This document shows positions 12,250 through 27,323 of a stretch of 64,000 nucleotides of DNA, piece after piece. The DNA comes from Octopus sinensis (Eukaryota). The notes beneath the pieces were generated by a model that searched no databases, was not told where the DNA came from, and was given only the letters and a program-made list of their open reading frames with translations. Made by a program: the position numbers and the translations under genes. Where the stretch lies: the NCBI RefSeq assembly GCF_006345805.1, contig NC_042998.1, forward strand, positions 15,500,001 through 15,564,000, written 5' to 3'. Each line of letters begins with the position of its first letter. Positions within the stretch are counted from its first letter, which is position 1.

Positions 12250-13410
12250 TTGTACAGTTACTGTGCATCTCTCCCTCAGAGATTTAAAACAAATTTTATA
12301 TGTAGCATAATAGAAGGCCACTTAGTGGTCATCACTCTTATATGTATGTAATATAATTTTTCTGAATTTTCACATTTTTCTATATGCTAGACCACTGGTT
12401 TTAAATTAATATTAATCAAATTAATATCCATTTTTTCAACCTAATATATACGATACTTAATACATATGATATATGTATATTATATACTATATCTATGTGA
12501 AAGACAATATACATGAAGAGATACACACACATATATATATATACACTTATATATGTACACACACACATACATACATACATACATACATACATACATACAT
12601 ACATACATACATACATACATACATGCATGCATGCATACATACACATATATATATATATACATGCATATATCGGTACAGGACGTCACGAAATGTAAGTAAC
12701 ATGAAATACGAAGACAAGATTTTGTCTGCGAACTATGAGAGAAACAAATGGAAAACAAGACAAGTAACACAAAAACGACCCTTCTTCAGTTGTCGGCTAT
12801 CTATCTACTCCTCATTTCAAGCAATTAACGATAATATGAGGCTTCTAAAGCAGTTGCCTCCGCGAACCAAAATAGAATTTGCAGAGGGTCGAAGTTGGTA
12901 CCAAAAACAGGACAGTGGAGACATACAACAAACCAAACGAAAACAAAAATGGAGGGAAATTAGACTAGACGAGGTAAGGTAACGAACGCTAGAGGAATGT
13001 AATATTGTCTTTGACAAGAGGAAATATTGAGGAGGAGACATAAGAATGTGTCTGGTCTGTACGACAGACTGAAGGAAGAGATGCTTACGTGAAGAAATGA
13101 AAGATGGACGATTGTCACGTGTGAGCAGCAAGAGACTGTAAAGGAGAAAAAGGGAGAGGGAGACAGGCAAACAACGGTTAAGAGAAGAGAAAAGAATTAG
13201 AGAAAGGATGAGGGAAAAATGAAAAGGAGAGGAGTGGAGAAGAGATAATTTGAGAAAGGAAGAGAGGGAAGATGAAAGAGTGTGAGAGAGAAGAGTACTG
13301 GGTAGAGTCGCATCAAAATTAAGATAAACTTACTAGGAAATGAATGCGTTGTATTCAATCATACGGTAATAGAGATAATATATATGTATATATATATATG
13401 TATTTATATA

Positions 13411-13452
<42 letters not shown>

Positions 13453-13595
13453 TATATATATGTATATGTATATATATATATATTATATATATATATATAT
13501 ATGCATATATATATAAACACACGCACACACACACATATATATATATATTATTTATATTACATATATTATTTTGTTTGAATACATATTGCATAATT

Positions 13596-13627
<32 letters not shown>

Positions 13628-14851
13628 ATATATATATACACATGTGGGAAGTAGGAAGTGTCTGGAAGGTGGGAAGTCTGTAATAGTTCACATTTAGACT
13701 GATGAGAAGTGTTTCTGTGGCGGCCATAGTTAAGTACATCAATGGCATAACTGGAGATAAAATTGAGGTAGATGGAAAAGAGATGTTTATTCATGAAATT
13801 AACGTTTGATTTCAGAAACTGACTCGCCTGAGCATTAACTGTATGTAAATATGACGTATGTCATTTGACATCCTATTAAGCACCACTTACAACGTATACA
13901 CGCGTGGGTCAAAATGATGAAATCAAAGCTCTCTCGAAGCAGAAGCTCAACACAAATACACACAGATACACACACACAATACCACACACATACAGAAACA
14001 AACGCGTGCACACACTCATTGACATTTCTTTTCAATGTTTTATATATAAATATAAATTGTTTTGATACTTGATGACTGATTGTATATGCTTTTGTTCATT
14101 TATACCCACACCATACCACACACACACACACGCACGCACACTCACTGATATTATGTATATGTCGGTATTTGAGGAAAGTTAAATAATAATACCAGAGAAT
14201 TTTATGGTGGGGAAACTCATTCAATTCTAAAAGTATAGTGAAATTTATTACAAAATTAGTTTTCGCTGACGATTTATTGAGACAGTGGTAATAAATGCTT
14301 TGTATGTTTCGATAAGGAAGAATACAGAAAGTTTCATTAGAAAAAAAACAACAAAAAAACTAAATGTTCCCGAGATATTGAATGACAGTTGTCGTTCGAA
14401 TTCTAAATAAACTGAAATTGGCGTGTTTAAAAGTCTGTAAATAAGTTTAAATGTTGGTAATGTATGGTGATTAAATGACAACAAAACAAGAAATGAATAA
14501 CAAAATAGTAGGAACAAAACAAAATAAAATCAGAGCTGAATGAAAAAAAAACCGTCATGTAAAATATAGAAATGAAACTGTACTACTGCTAATGAGAATA
14601 TCGAAGTGAAAGGTTCTTAATTAGTCAGTAGTGATGTGTTTTATAATCGCATAAATATTTTAACGCTTCCTCTATAAGATATAATATGACTTAGATGCTT
14701 CCAGTATTTGACTTGAATATATTCATACAAGTTCTTCAAATTGTGACTAAAACACCTGTAAAATATTCTCTTCACTATCAACATAAATTGGAAAGAAATT
14801 AATATATTTCCCGCGTGATCCATGTCATAGAGTTAAAAGTTAAAATACTAT

Positions 14852-15045
14852 GCGTAGCGAGATGGCACGCCGGACAAAATGGTTAGCGAGTATTCCTTAT
14901 GTTCTGAGTTCAAATCCGCCGAGGCCGACTTTTATCGCTTTCATGATCTATAAAATGGGTACCGTTTGTGCACTGAGCTGTATGTAATCGACTTATACCG
15001 TTACCCGAAATACCTGGCCCTTTACCAAAATTTGAAACCAATATT
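14852..15045 (+). mobile_element. SINE group A, degraded
   Basis: ttctgagttcaaatccgccgagg...taatcgactt...ccaaaatttgaaaccaatatt. Confidence 0.75.
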
Positions 15046-15799
15046 ATATAGAAAGTAATATGGAATATTCCGTGTTTATGTCATTGCATATTTCCATCCT
15101 TGAAATTTCTCAGACGTGAAAGTACACCTCACTTTAATATGATTATTTTTATATGCATTTAAACAGTATTGGTTAAAACGCTTATTAATTCAGATAGGTT
15201 TCTGTTAAGAAACAGCGTTTTAAGACATTTATGGATTTGTTACTATGCTGCCTTGCATGCTCGTTTCAATTGATGTCTTATTGTTTTAATATTTAACATA
15301 ATTTTAATATAACAGAATAAGGAATGGAAATATAATTTATAAAAACATGAACTTATATAAGTCTGTAGATCTTATTTAAGGTAGATACACTAGCGAAAGA
15401 CATTCAACAGGTAGTATTCGTATTGATAAATCTTCTGATATAGACGTATATTCCGAAAAGACAAACGGGCGTCAGTAGCATGCAAAAAGAGTCGAGCATT
15501 AGTGGTAGAACTTTTAATTTATAACTGTGTCGTTGCATATCATCTGTAGTAAGTATCCTTTATCAACTGCATGGTTAGACAAATTTAACTTATACTGAAC
15601 CATTCATCGTACAACAACTTCTCGTATTGACGTATACTGCAAAACAAAAGATAGTTTATATATAGATACTTTCATTCGTACAAACATACGTTCATATGTG
15701 CGAGTGTGTGTGTATGTGTATGTATGTGTGTGTATGTGGGTGGAGAAGAAATACCATAAAGGATCAGCAACGTATTCATAATTGAATCGGTTGAATTCT

Positions 15800-16876
15800 T
15801 CCTAAGAAACAGCCACTTCATGTTCGACAATACGTTTCATAGATAAAAATATGTTATGAGCACTAGGGCAATCCAAATCATTGCGAACCTAACAATGGAC
15901 TATCTGGAAATGATAATATATCAGGAATCTTTATCTATCTTTAGCAACCCCCTTTCCCAATACATAAAAGAAAATTGGAAAAGATTCCTAGAAGACTGTT
16001 TAATACTCTGGAATGAAAACACAGACAAACTCCTGGAATTCAAAATACTATTGAACAACGTCAACACAAACACACACTTCACAATGGAGTACAACGAAAA
16101 GGAGCTCCCATTCTTGGATATACTAATTAAAGAAATAAACCTAAAAATAGAAAACGACATATTTTTACAAAACCACAGACGCCATACAATATCTACTATT
16201 TTATTCATGCCACCCAAGACACAAGAAAACAAATATTTCCCTTCAAACTTGCAAGGAGGATATGCACAATAGTGTCATAAAAACTACCAGAGGCTGCAAG
16301 AACTCAAAAACACCCTAATTGACAGACACTAACCAGTTCAACTCATAGAGGATGGAATCAGACTTGTAACACAAATCGACATAGAAAAGTTCAACACAGC
16401 AATACACCTTCACCGAAAATACAGCCGTACATATCCACCTACAACCCAAGAAACATCCGAAATTTAGCAATGCTACATAAGGACCCTAAATTAAGGGAAA
16501 TTTTACACACACATAAAACCATTAAAAACCACAAACAACCAAAATCACAAAAAAATATCCTCATAAATCTGATTCTACTTGTGCTTCAGAAAACCTGATT
16601 TATGTTAGAAGATTGTCAGGCTGCCACCGAAACTACATAGGATCCACGGGATTATTGCTCAGACGCAGATGCTCTCTGCATCGACAGCAGATTGCATCCC
16701 TAGACTACGGAATGATACCCTTTAGTGAATATATTAAAAAATGCGCAAAGCAACTGCTACAACAATTTGTAATCTTTCCATTTTATCAATGTGCCATTGG
16801 AACACCAACGCAAGTTAGATTAAATAAGGAAACCTTCTTCATTGAACAATATAAGCCAAGACTCAACCATTTCTAA
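15800..16876 (+). mobile_element. Penelope-like element, RT (C-terminal half) and GIY-YIG endonuclease, disrupted
   Basis: WKRFLEDCLILW, FTMEYNEKELPFLDILI, YLLFYSCHPRH, NLIYV..SGCHRNYIGSTG.LLRRR.SLHRQQI, ETFFIEQYKPRLN. Confidence 0.92.
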
Positions 16877-17264
16877 CATTTTAAAATAAGAACAGACCTC
16901 ATTGAAAAAGATATAAAGCAAAATCTCACCACTTGTTACATTTTATGTCTTCTAAACCAAATCATGTTAAATTAATAAAAGCTAGTAATTCCCAACATTT
17001 TTAATTATCTCCCTTATACCGGAAAAATCCCTGATTACCTTTCCCTGTCTGGAACTCCATATTTCACAACAAAGCGAAGACATGACACAACATAAGTAAA
17101 GGAATTTGAGAAATTTGAAAAGAAAATACGAAACCGGTTATTTGTCCAAAAACAATGTTACTATAGCAAATTTTACAACATCTTTCTAACATAACGATAT
17201 ACATATATTCTTTAATTTTCACCGTATTACACTTGCCTTCTGTAGATTTTTCACTCTTTTTTGT

Positions 17265-17324
<60 letters not shown>

Positions 17325-17332
17325 AAAAAAAA

Positions 17333-18445
17333 TCTTTTTATCTAGTTTCAGCTCACAAGCTGTGGCCATGCTGAGGCACCGCCATTTGGTGTTGTGACAT
17401 GATTTTACTTCACGAATGCTTTTTAGCAATTGCCATTTGGTGCATGAGAGAGTTCGATGTAGCTGCCCTCATCTGCACCTCCTGCCGTGAAGTTGGTTCA
17501 TCTGGGACACCTGACAAGAAGAGATCCAGTTTTATTTTAAAGACATCTGCATCTACCCCATGCAGGTCTCTTAGGTTCTTCGGGAGGATATTGAAGAGTT
17601 GTGGGCCTCGGCAGCTCAGGCTATCACAGTATCTTGTCCTACATCTTGATGGAAAATTTGGAGTCCTTGGCACTATGCAGTGGGGCCCAGTTCTGGCAGT
17701 TGTGTAACTCTCGATTCCAAAGTTTGGGACAAATCCTTCTAGGATCTTTCAGATGTATATTATGGAATATCTTTCTCGCCTACGCTCTAAGGAATAGAAT
17801 CTCAATCTCTTAAGTCTTTCCCAGTAGAGTATATGCTGCACAGAGGCTATCTTCTTCGTGTAGCTTCGTTGGATCGCCTCACGTTCTGTGATTAACTTGA
17901 CACTGGATGGTGACCAGAGCTGAGAGCAATAGTCAAAGTGGCTTAGGACAAGTGTCCTCCAGAGGACCATCATGGTTTCCTGGTCTCTTGTTCTAAAGGT
18001 TCTAAGAATCCATCCGGTAGCCGCCTAAGTTTCATTGCCAATTTAGCAACATGCACATGAAAGGTTGCATCATCACTCATGTAAATACCCAGGTCTCGTA
18101 CTGATTGTGCCTCTGGGATTGCAATCCCTCCAGGTGCAGTGTATTTATTGGGTATTGCATTAAGTTTTGCATGCTGATAGCATAAAGCTTGAAATTTTTC
18201 AGCATTGAACTGCATGCTATTCTTTTCAGCCCACTTATATATTTTGTCCAGCTCACATTGCAGGTGCTTAGTGTATTCATGGTTCTGCATTGCCTGTGAA
18301 ACTTTTGTATCATCTGCATAACTTGTGATCGTGGCTCTCTGCGTGGCTGGGGGCATGTCTGAGAGGGCCATTATGAACAGTAGTGGTCCCAAAACAGTGC
18401 CTTCTGGAACACCGCTCACTATTTGCGTGTTAATGGAAGTGGCCC
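17333..18445 (-). mobile_element. CR1/L2-clade LINE, 5'-truncated, RT C-terminal region and 3' UTR
   Basis: SGVPEGTVLGPLLF, SYADDTK, FNAEKF, VRDLG, LVLSHFDYCSQLWSP, YSLERRRERY; 3' tail ends against (TA)n. Confidence 0.95.
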
Positions 18446-19884
18446 CATGTACATACATATGTGTGCGTGTGTGTGTTGTAATATTGATATTAGCCCGCCT
18501 GGATCAAACCCTACATCAATTACTTTTATTTGTTATACAACATAACTTTCTAAAGACCACAAATGAAATTGCTTAGCTTACCAACTTTCGAAATAACACC
18601 AGTCTCAATATTTGTTGAGAATCTATTTAGAACTTCTGCATTAACGCCGATGCTGAGAACGCTGCCAATAATCAAATCCATTGTTGCATAATTATTATAT
18701 TCGTAAATTTGCTACATCGTAGCTTGAGATATTTTTAAATATCTGTATAGATTTGAATCAATAAGGAAACCATCCTGTTTAGATACGATATCTATATGCA
18801 ATAAAATATTTAATTAAAATATTAAACCTACACGAAGATAAATCGTTGAGGAGCACAATACGAGAGATGCAAAGTTCGTAAGCTATGTAGGTTTGATTTG
18901 AAATCTTATATGAATCAATTTCACATCTTTGTATTAATAACTGCAATGTTTCTTCCATGTTAACTGACATCTGAAAATTGGACGTCAAAAGAAAAGGATG
19001 GCAAATTCTCTTGAAAATGGCCAAAAGTTGACGTGGTGTTATGAAGTGTCTGCAGAAAAAGAGATTAACCCCCAAGGATACTCACACTGACAAGGTTACT
19101 ATATAAAGTGATGCCGGTCCAGCTTCCTCAGTTGTACAAAATAGGACATCCGAATTTAGGAGGGGATGGTAGAGGGTTGGAAATGATCCAAGTTCTGAAC
19201 GTTTTGCAGCTGGAAAACCGATCGTGTCCATCACAACGTGATTACGGGCAATTGACTATAAACCAAATTACCAATGCTTCTAGCATAAACCGTAAGAAGC
19301 ATAAGAAGACGCACGCACGCGGTCGCACACACACACACACACTCACACACACACACACTCACACACACACACAGGTATATATATATATATTGGGCTATAT
19401 CAGCTATACACTCGCATCGGCGGTAGAATGCTCATCTTATTATCTTAATTAAAGATATCTTTATTATCTTAATTAATACACGCATGCCATTTCTTCTAGT
19501 GAGCTCATGCCGCGAATATGCTACACCTAATATAGTTTTGAAGTACAGGATGTTTACTATAATTATCTTGCACACTATGTACCTTCAACACACAGTATTA
19601 TCTTGGCATGACGAAGGTTTCTGATTGGGGCGTGCCATGCCTTATGATACCTAACTAAAAACGCATCAGGCTGATTACATTACGGGAAAATCTCACAATA
19701 TTTCAATAAGATCAAGGTGGTTTCCTTGAACGTTTCCTCACCCAAGATGTGTGTGTAGGGCTCATCACTTTGAAACATTCCATTCACTGGAAACACGCTG
19801 CTTTACGTGCTCCAAACAAGCCTAAGTAGGTTTCATCTGCGGGTAAAGTGATATCCTCAGTTCTTTTGGACGAGAAAATTATTG

Positions 19885-20076
19885 TTGTGGTAAGTAGCTT
19901 ATTCACAAACCTCATAGTGCCGTGTACAGTCCCACTACGTGGCACCTTGGGAAAGTATCTTCTACTATAGCCTTGGGCCGACAAAAACCTTGGGAGGGGA
20001 TTTGATAGACGGAAACTGAGAGAAGCCTGTCGTATACATACATAAATACATACATACATATATATATATATGTATG

Positions 20077-20143
<67 letters not shown>

Positions 20144-20356
20144 ATATATTTGTGTTTTTGTGTTTGTCCCCCCATCGTCGCTTGACAATCGATGCTGGTG
20201 TGTTAACGTCCCCGTAACTTAGCGGTTCGGCAAAGAAGAACGATAGTATAAGTACTTGGCATTTAAATAATAAGTCCTGGAGTAGATTTGTTAGTCTAAA
20301 AGCGGTGCTCCAGCATGGCCACGGTCAAATAAATGAAATAAGTGAAAGAGTAAAAG
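19885..20356 (+). mobile_element. SINE group B
   Basis: gtggtaagtagctt...gcaccttgggaaagtatctt...internal microsatellite...ggcggtgctccagcatggcc...aaagagtaaaag. Confidence 0.85.
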
Positions 20357-20745
20357 TGTATATTGAAAAGGGCCACACCTTCAAAGGAGAGTACTAGGCC
20401 AACTTGCTGAAGGAGTTACGAAAGGCTTTCGATGCCAAAGGAAAACTAACGAAACAAGCCTTCTTTCAGCAGGAGAACGTTCCAGCACGCTAGTTTTCGT
20501 CTTCAGAGCTGTGCGCGACTGTGGCTTTGAATTTGTTGATAACCCTCCGTATTATGCTGATTTTACCCCCTCTAATTATTATCTGTTCCCCAACATGACA
20601 AAACATGTAGAAACCAGTATAGAAGTGATGATCATGTATGATCTGTTGATGAGTTTCTTTTAACAGCGGATTGAAAGACCTCCACCAATGAGATCCAAGG
20701 ACAGCAACACCGATGGAAGAAGTGTGAGGAACAGATATGCAATCG
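20357..20745 (+). mobile_element. Mariner transposase catalytic-domain fragment
   Basis: FQQENVPAR (HQDNAPAH-like), DNPPYYADFTPSNYYLFPNM (HPPYSPDLAPSD-like), QHRWKKCE. Confidence 0.85.
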
Positions 20746-20885
20746 AGTATGGCAGTTTGCTACAGAGTGACATTCTGTATGGTACTACACAAAAGGTTTC
20801 CTGAATAGACAGAGAAGGATAAAAGAAACGGATGATGAGGAGAGAAAAAGGAAGAATAGAGTGCCGAGTAAAAATGTGAGGAATC

Positions 20886-20909
20886 ATACTACTACTACTA
20901 CTACTAGAG

Positions 20910-20956
<47 letters not shown>

Positions 20957-21072
20957 GCTGGTGCTGCTGCTGCTACTACTACTACTACTACTACTACTAT
21001 TACTACTACTACTACTACTACTGCTGCTGCAACTACTGCATCTACTACTACTACTACTACTACTACTACTAA
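20886..21072. repeat. (CTA)n/(CTG)n trinucleotide microsatellite
   Basis: Long actact runs interrupted by gctgct; source of the poly-S/T/V ORFs. Confidence 0.95.
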
Positions 21073-21166
21073 CACATATACATACATAGTTCATACATAC
21101 ACACACTCATGTATATATATTCTTATACTCTTTTCAGCGATGCGGCTGCGGCCATGCTGGAGCAAT

Positions 21167-21215
<49 letters not shown>

Positions 21216-22567
21216 GTGTGTATATATACACACGCTTCCATACATGCATGCATATATACTTACTAATCATGTGTGGTGAGGGTGACTATACACTATCATG
21301 GATAGTAAATTAATAGTCATATTAACTAAAGTGAAATAAATATATGCATCATTCTTTTACTAGTGAGCTTATATTGCATATATTTACGTATGTATATATG
21401 TATATAGTCAACAACGTCTTCAATGAGAAAAGAAATGAAACACAATTAAATATATGCTCATGAAACAATACGTGTCTTTAATCTTTAAATGCATACCCCA
21501 CTTTTGCAGCCTTTTAGATTATATAATATTAATAAAGCTTGCAAATATACGCAAGAGAACACAATAATCAATCGTAGGAATCTTGGTACATGCGTCTTTT
21601 CAAAATGAAGCTGAAGGGCAGTACGTGCAACAATGTATCCAGTTCACAAAGGAAACATAACAGAGAATTAATTCTCGCAAAGCGTGAACTAGTAATGCAA
21701 TACTAGGTTCAATCGTCCACATCATTTTACGTTTAAGGTTGAATGTAAATGTAACAATTAGATTTAAATAAAAGAAACCATCTATTTGAAAATAAATTAG
21801 AGACAACCGTTTATTACGGTAGAGTGTAAGATGAATTTGTATACAAAACAAATAGATTCTGTAATATCTACGCCGTAATATTGATTTCTAGCATTGTCAC
21901 ACATTCGTTCGAATTGGAGGAGGAGGGATACCAGTTCAGCATATAAAGCCTAGCTCTTGGATCATTCTTCTTTAATCGTCCGTGACGGGATAGAAACGAA
22001 AGTCAACCTTGAAAGGTTTTCAAATGGGATTTTCACTAAATTGCGTTATACATTCAATCTCTTACTTTATTGATTCTCCAATCCATCGCCTTTATCTGCA
22101 TCATAAAATTTATATATTGCATTGGCAAATGGTTATGCATTTAAAGAAGAATGAATTTATACTTAGAACAACACTGTTTAACATTTTATGGATCCCGAAA
22201 GGTAGGAATTCAATCATGAATTTACTGAGATTTGCTGTCAGAAAAAGCAAACTATCCCTGAAAAGTAGGATGAGGTTTATATTTCTCCATAAAAATTAAA
22301 GAGAATCAACATCTCCACGAAGTATTGTAATTCTAAAGTGGATATCATTAAATGCTGTTTCAGAAACTTACGTTCGAGACTTTAGCATTTCAAGGGACAG
22401 CTAAATAAACAAATACCAATAAGAGTCTAGAACAAAAACCGAGGGCCGTCTCTACTCTCAGGCTTCTAAATGTGTTCCTTAAAAACATATTTACATCAAA
22501 CATGAAATTGATGGTAATGAAGATAAATAAAACGTTAGAGAACATAATCGGTACGGCGAATTTCTAA

Positions 22568-22780
22568 ATAATGGTTTCAAATTTCAACATAAAAGCAGTC
22601 TAAGAGAGTTAAGTCGATTATATCAACCTAAGTGCTCAACTGGTACTTAATTTATCGACTAATAAAAGATGAAAGGCAAAGGTGAGCTCGGCGGAATTCG
22701 ATTTCAGACCATAAAGAGAGACGAAATACCACTAAGCATTCTGCATGATGTGGTAATGATTCTGCTAGTTTGTCACCTTT
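22568..22780 (-). mobile_element. SINE group A, degraded
   Basis: Reverse-complement match: gtcgattatatc...gatgaaaggcaaagg...gaaataccactaagcat. Confidence 0.7.
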
Positions 22781-22844
22781 GAATTTCAAAATAATAATAA
22801 TAAAGATGGTTAGCATACTATTGATAATTTTGATGGTGATTTTT

Positions 22845-23190
22845 ATTCTTTTATTCTTTTACTTGTTTTAGTCGTTTAACTGAAGACATGCAGGCGCACC
22901 TCCTTGAAGGGTTGTAGTCGAATAAATCGAACACAGTACTTATTTTTGAAGCTTAATACTTATTCTATCGGCACCCCTTGCTGAACCGCTGAGTTACGGG
23001 TACATAAACACACCAACACTGTCAAGCGGTGATGGCGGGACGAACGCAGACGCGAAGACACACACAAACACATATGCAGACACATATACGACGGGATTCT
23101 TTCCGTTTCACTCCAACAAATCCACTCACAAATCTTTGGTCAGCCAGAGGCTATAGTAGAAGACAGATACCCACGGTGCCACGCAGTGGA
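22845..23190 (-). mobile_element. SINE group B, degraded
   Basis: ttactcttttacttgttt tail, gaaccgctgagttacggg, gtgccacgcagtgg. Confidence 0.75.
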
Positions 23191-24857
23191 ATTATTATTA
23201 ATCGTAAATATTATTATCAGTTAACAACTATATTAATAGATCTCCGCAATCATACGCACACGGGTATGCCTGCATGTCTCTAACTGCGTAATTATCTACC
23301 TGTTTGTGATGAATCATTAACTGTTTTTCATATAATACACATTCTTAGAGATTAGATAAAGGCATATATTTTGTTAATAACATGTGTATGAAACCATTCT
23401 TATATTTGAGCCATTCATTCTTTAGTCAACGAATTCTTTTTTGCTATTTCTCTCTTGGTATAACTGCTTCCATTGCTTTCCTTTACTTAACACGATATTT
23501 TGTTCTCCATTCTTAACCTTGTCTTGTTCTGTTACCTAGCTACGTATAGAATTGATTGCAACTTGCCTAACCTGATATATGTTCAAGTTAATCTCAGTAT
23601 GGTGTCGATTTAGAAATTCGAAATGTATCTAAAATTTATACTCCCGTAAAATAGCGTTTAATGGATTACCATTCATCTTGGCAGAAGCCGTTTCTGCCAT
23701 TCTAAGATATTCATTAGAAGCATAAACAACCAAACTGCCGGCGTGAAGTCTAGGGACGTTGCCCAGGGTGATCTTACTACGAAATTATGCTAAGAATAGT
23801 GTTTGGAATATATAATGTAAATCGAAATTATGACATGTTTAGATGAAAAAAAAATCTATTGTTAGTATTCGTGTCAGTAAGCAATCTAATTTTTTTTTAT
23901 GTCATGGTACAACGAGCATGGCGGTGATATGAATAATTCTAGACAAGATGTTAAATGCTACGTATTTGTAAATTTATTGCAATTTGTTTTTAAAACAATT
24001 CTCTTTATAAAATCGATATATTTGCGATAAATATTGTAGCATTTCAGCGGTAAATTCGAAAATATTTGTGCGCTATCATTTTCAGGGAAATAATTATGTG
24101 AGGGGATTCATTTATTGATGATAGGCAGGCACTGACATGAAACAGAAAAAAAAACCCCGCTATTATTTGTTTTCATCTTCATCCTTTCCAAATTTCTAGA
24201 TCTTGAAATTTGAAATCACTTTCAATGTGGATTTCTTTCGATGTAATGTACTATAATTAAAAGAAGTATGAAATATCTACTGTTCTACAATAGAAATTAC
24301 TCCAGACATTATCAAGTGCATTGAATATCCGCCACATTCAATAAACACCTTGCTATCTGTAGTGTTTTACGATAAATTAAGTGTCTGAACTGACAGAAGT
24401 TTTTAAGAAGCAAATCTCGTTGATTTAATACAATTTCATTGTATATATATCATATAATAGCTTAGTAGATAAGTCTGTCTGTAGCTTTCTATGAGCATAT
24501 AAGTACGTGTATAGCAACACACTCACGCATATATTTCTTTCATCATATTACAATATATAAATTCCCTGTTGTTCTTGAGATTCCGGTACTGACCATTGTA
24601 TCTTTAAAGTGTAGCTAACATCTTATGATGTAGTATACGAAATTTGCCAGAAATCTGCGTTACTCACCCTCCAACATATTGGAACATACACAATGCATTA
24701 GGCAATGAGAGAATTACTCAGAACTTCACAAGATGTTATTGCAAATTAAATTACATAGGATATTTATTTGAATCTAAAATATATTTATTTCAAAATAAGT
24801 AGAAATATCCAGTACAAATATCTCCTGATGAACCTCAGGTTAATATTTAGCAATTGT

Positions 24858-25078
24858 CAGGCGGTGAGCTGGCAGAATATTTAGCAAGTCGGTGGAATTG
24901 CTTAGCAGCATTTCGCCATCTTGGCGTTCTGAGTTCAAGTTCCGCCGATACTAACTTTGCATTTTATCCCCTGGCGGTCGATAAAATAAGTACCTGTCGG
25001 ATACTGGGGTGGATGTAATCAACCTTTCCCCTCTCTTGAAATTGCTGACCTTGTGCCAAAATTTGAAAGCAATATTTA
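24858..25078 (+). mobile_element. SINE group A
   Basis: aggcggtgagctggcagaa...gttctgagttcaagttccgcc...gtgccaaaatttgaaagcaata. Confidence 0.85.
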
Positions 25079-25899
25079 ACAATTGTATACATTGTGAAAA
25101 TCGAGCTTCGTACAGGCGAATATGTTCTAAGATTCTATACATGTTTGTCTGTCTGACTCTGTTTGACTGTCTCTCCCCGCCTCCCTCTGTCTTCGGCATC
25201 TTTCTATCAATCTTTCCTTCCACATATGCATATGCATCATAAGTGTGTGAATCTATGTGTGTGTGTGTGTGTGTGTGTAAGTATGTATATATATATATAT
25301 ATATGTCTGTATATATATGTCTGTAATTATCTCTGTATCTTTCTCTATATATCTATACTCATTATCTCCTCTCGCTCTCTCCATCTCTCTGTATATATAC
25401 AAACGCATGCATTCAGACATAAAGACATGTATATATGTATATATATATATATATGTATGTATGTATGTATGCATATGAAGCAACATGTCTACAAATCAAA
25501 CTATATTTAATTTTCATTTCCGATTTATAAATTAATGAAGTATAGCTTTGTAGAAGACGTAATAATTTCAATTCTTTCTTGGTTTTGTAGACTATATAAC
25601 AACATGAAGTTTCTTTCAATATTTAAATAACATTATTCATATTAGAAATATAACATTTTATGAACACCGCTTATATTCATATTGAGACGTTTTAATTTCC
25701 AATATATCGACAGTAAACAAACGGCAAGAAACTCACAATGAATATACAATAAATACATGAGGATACATTTTATTTAATATTAAATTGCTGTCATTTTAGA
25801 GATGAAATTAAAAAGAAAAAAATAAATAAAATAGAAATCTCCATTCAATTATAAATGGAAATCTGTCGAGAAGTTTAAGAAACGCGATTGCATTATGAA

Positions 25900-25923
25900 T
25901 ACGTACATACATACATACATACA

Positions 25924-26005
<82 letters not shown>

Positions 26006-26297
26006 TATATATATATATATTATATATATATATATATATATATGTAGAGATAGTTATAGAAATCACTTTATATACGCGTATATTCACCCACACAGCTGCT
26101 ACCCCATTATGTACATATGTGTGTGTGCATACATACACGTATATATTTGGCTATATATTATTAATATATATGCATATTTACATATGTGTATACAGACATA
26201 CGCTTCTATATATCTATATATATATCATATATGATATATATATATATATATATGATATATATGATATATATCTATATATATTATGCATATATGTATG

Positions 26298-26329
<32 letters not shown>

Positions 26330-26410
26330 GTATATATATATATATATAACATATATATATATATATATAACATATATATATACATATACGTATATATATA
26401 TAACATACAT
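25900..26410. repeat. Large interrupted (TA)n microsatellite, one of >20 such TA/CA/GATA/CATA tracts in the window
   Basis: Direct reading; similar tracts at e.g. 6078-6150, 13370-13640, 31820-32045, 34360-34610, 50960-51165, 55918-56166. Confidence 0.95.
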
Positions 26411-26814
26411 CCATATGTGTGTGAGTGTGCGCGCGCGTTTATGTGTATGTTGAAGACGAGATTGGTGGGAAGCTGGAATTAAAGTATTAGTATTATAATG
26501 AAGAACCAATAGAATTGACAGAATTGAAGTTAGAAACGTATGTGTTCAATGCGTAATCAAAGGTGGATAACTTGTTTCTCTGTGTAGGTTGTGAAATATA
26601 GATGTATTTGAAAGAAATCTTGTAATGGCTTAGGCAAAAGAATAGATGGCATTTATATATGGCATTATTTTCTTCCCGAAATTTCCAACTTAACATTCAT
26701 TCTGAAAAGATATATATTTAATAAAATTTAACTATTGTGTTTTTCGTTCAGCTAATGGTTTAAGGTTTGATATACACACATACACACATATACATATCCC
26801 CATATATACATATA

Positions 26815-26887
<73 letters not shown>

Positions 26888-27323
26888 ATTGATATTCTAG
26901 TGGGAGATGTGGAAATCCAATGTTTTATAAGTATTTGCATTTCTTTTCAGATGAATACTTTTATATATCTTTTTAAACATCGTTTCATTATTGTAATACT
27001 TTCGATTACGGTGTTCGATGTCTGCGCATGATTACAGCTGAGCACTTGGAGACATTTCATTATCTTTGCAGATGGCGATTGAATATATTTTTTCCTCTAT
27101 CGATAATTTCGTTGAAAGTTTCACAAATGAGCTGTTTTTAATATCCTATATTTAGTGCATTGTTAAAAAAAAAAATTAGATAGTAAAATCTTCGTTAAAG
27201 TTGTTCAAAAGGTGAGAAGAAAAATGATACATCTTCCAGCATGGGTAAAAGTATTCCACGTATCATTACTGTATGTTAGAAATCCCAAATATAGCCAATA
27301 ACATAAGCACCGTTGTGTAGGTT

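Noticed and set aside
12680-12860. Minus-strand ctgaagaaggg in a repeat-like block
   Set aside because: No closing stem II or GAAA could be found.
24830-24850. ctcctgatgaacctcaggtt after possible PLE-like sequence
   Set aside because: No GAAA or cleavage triplet follows; at most a relic.
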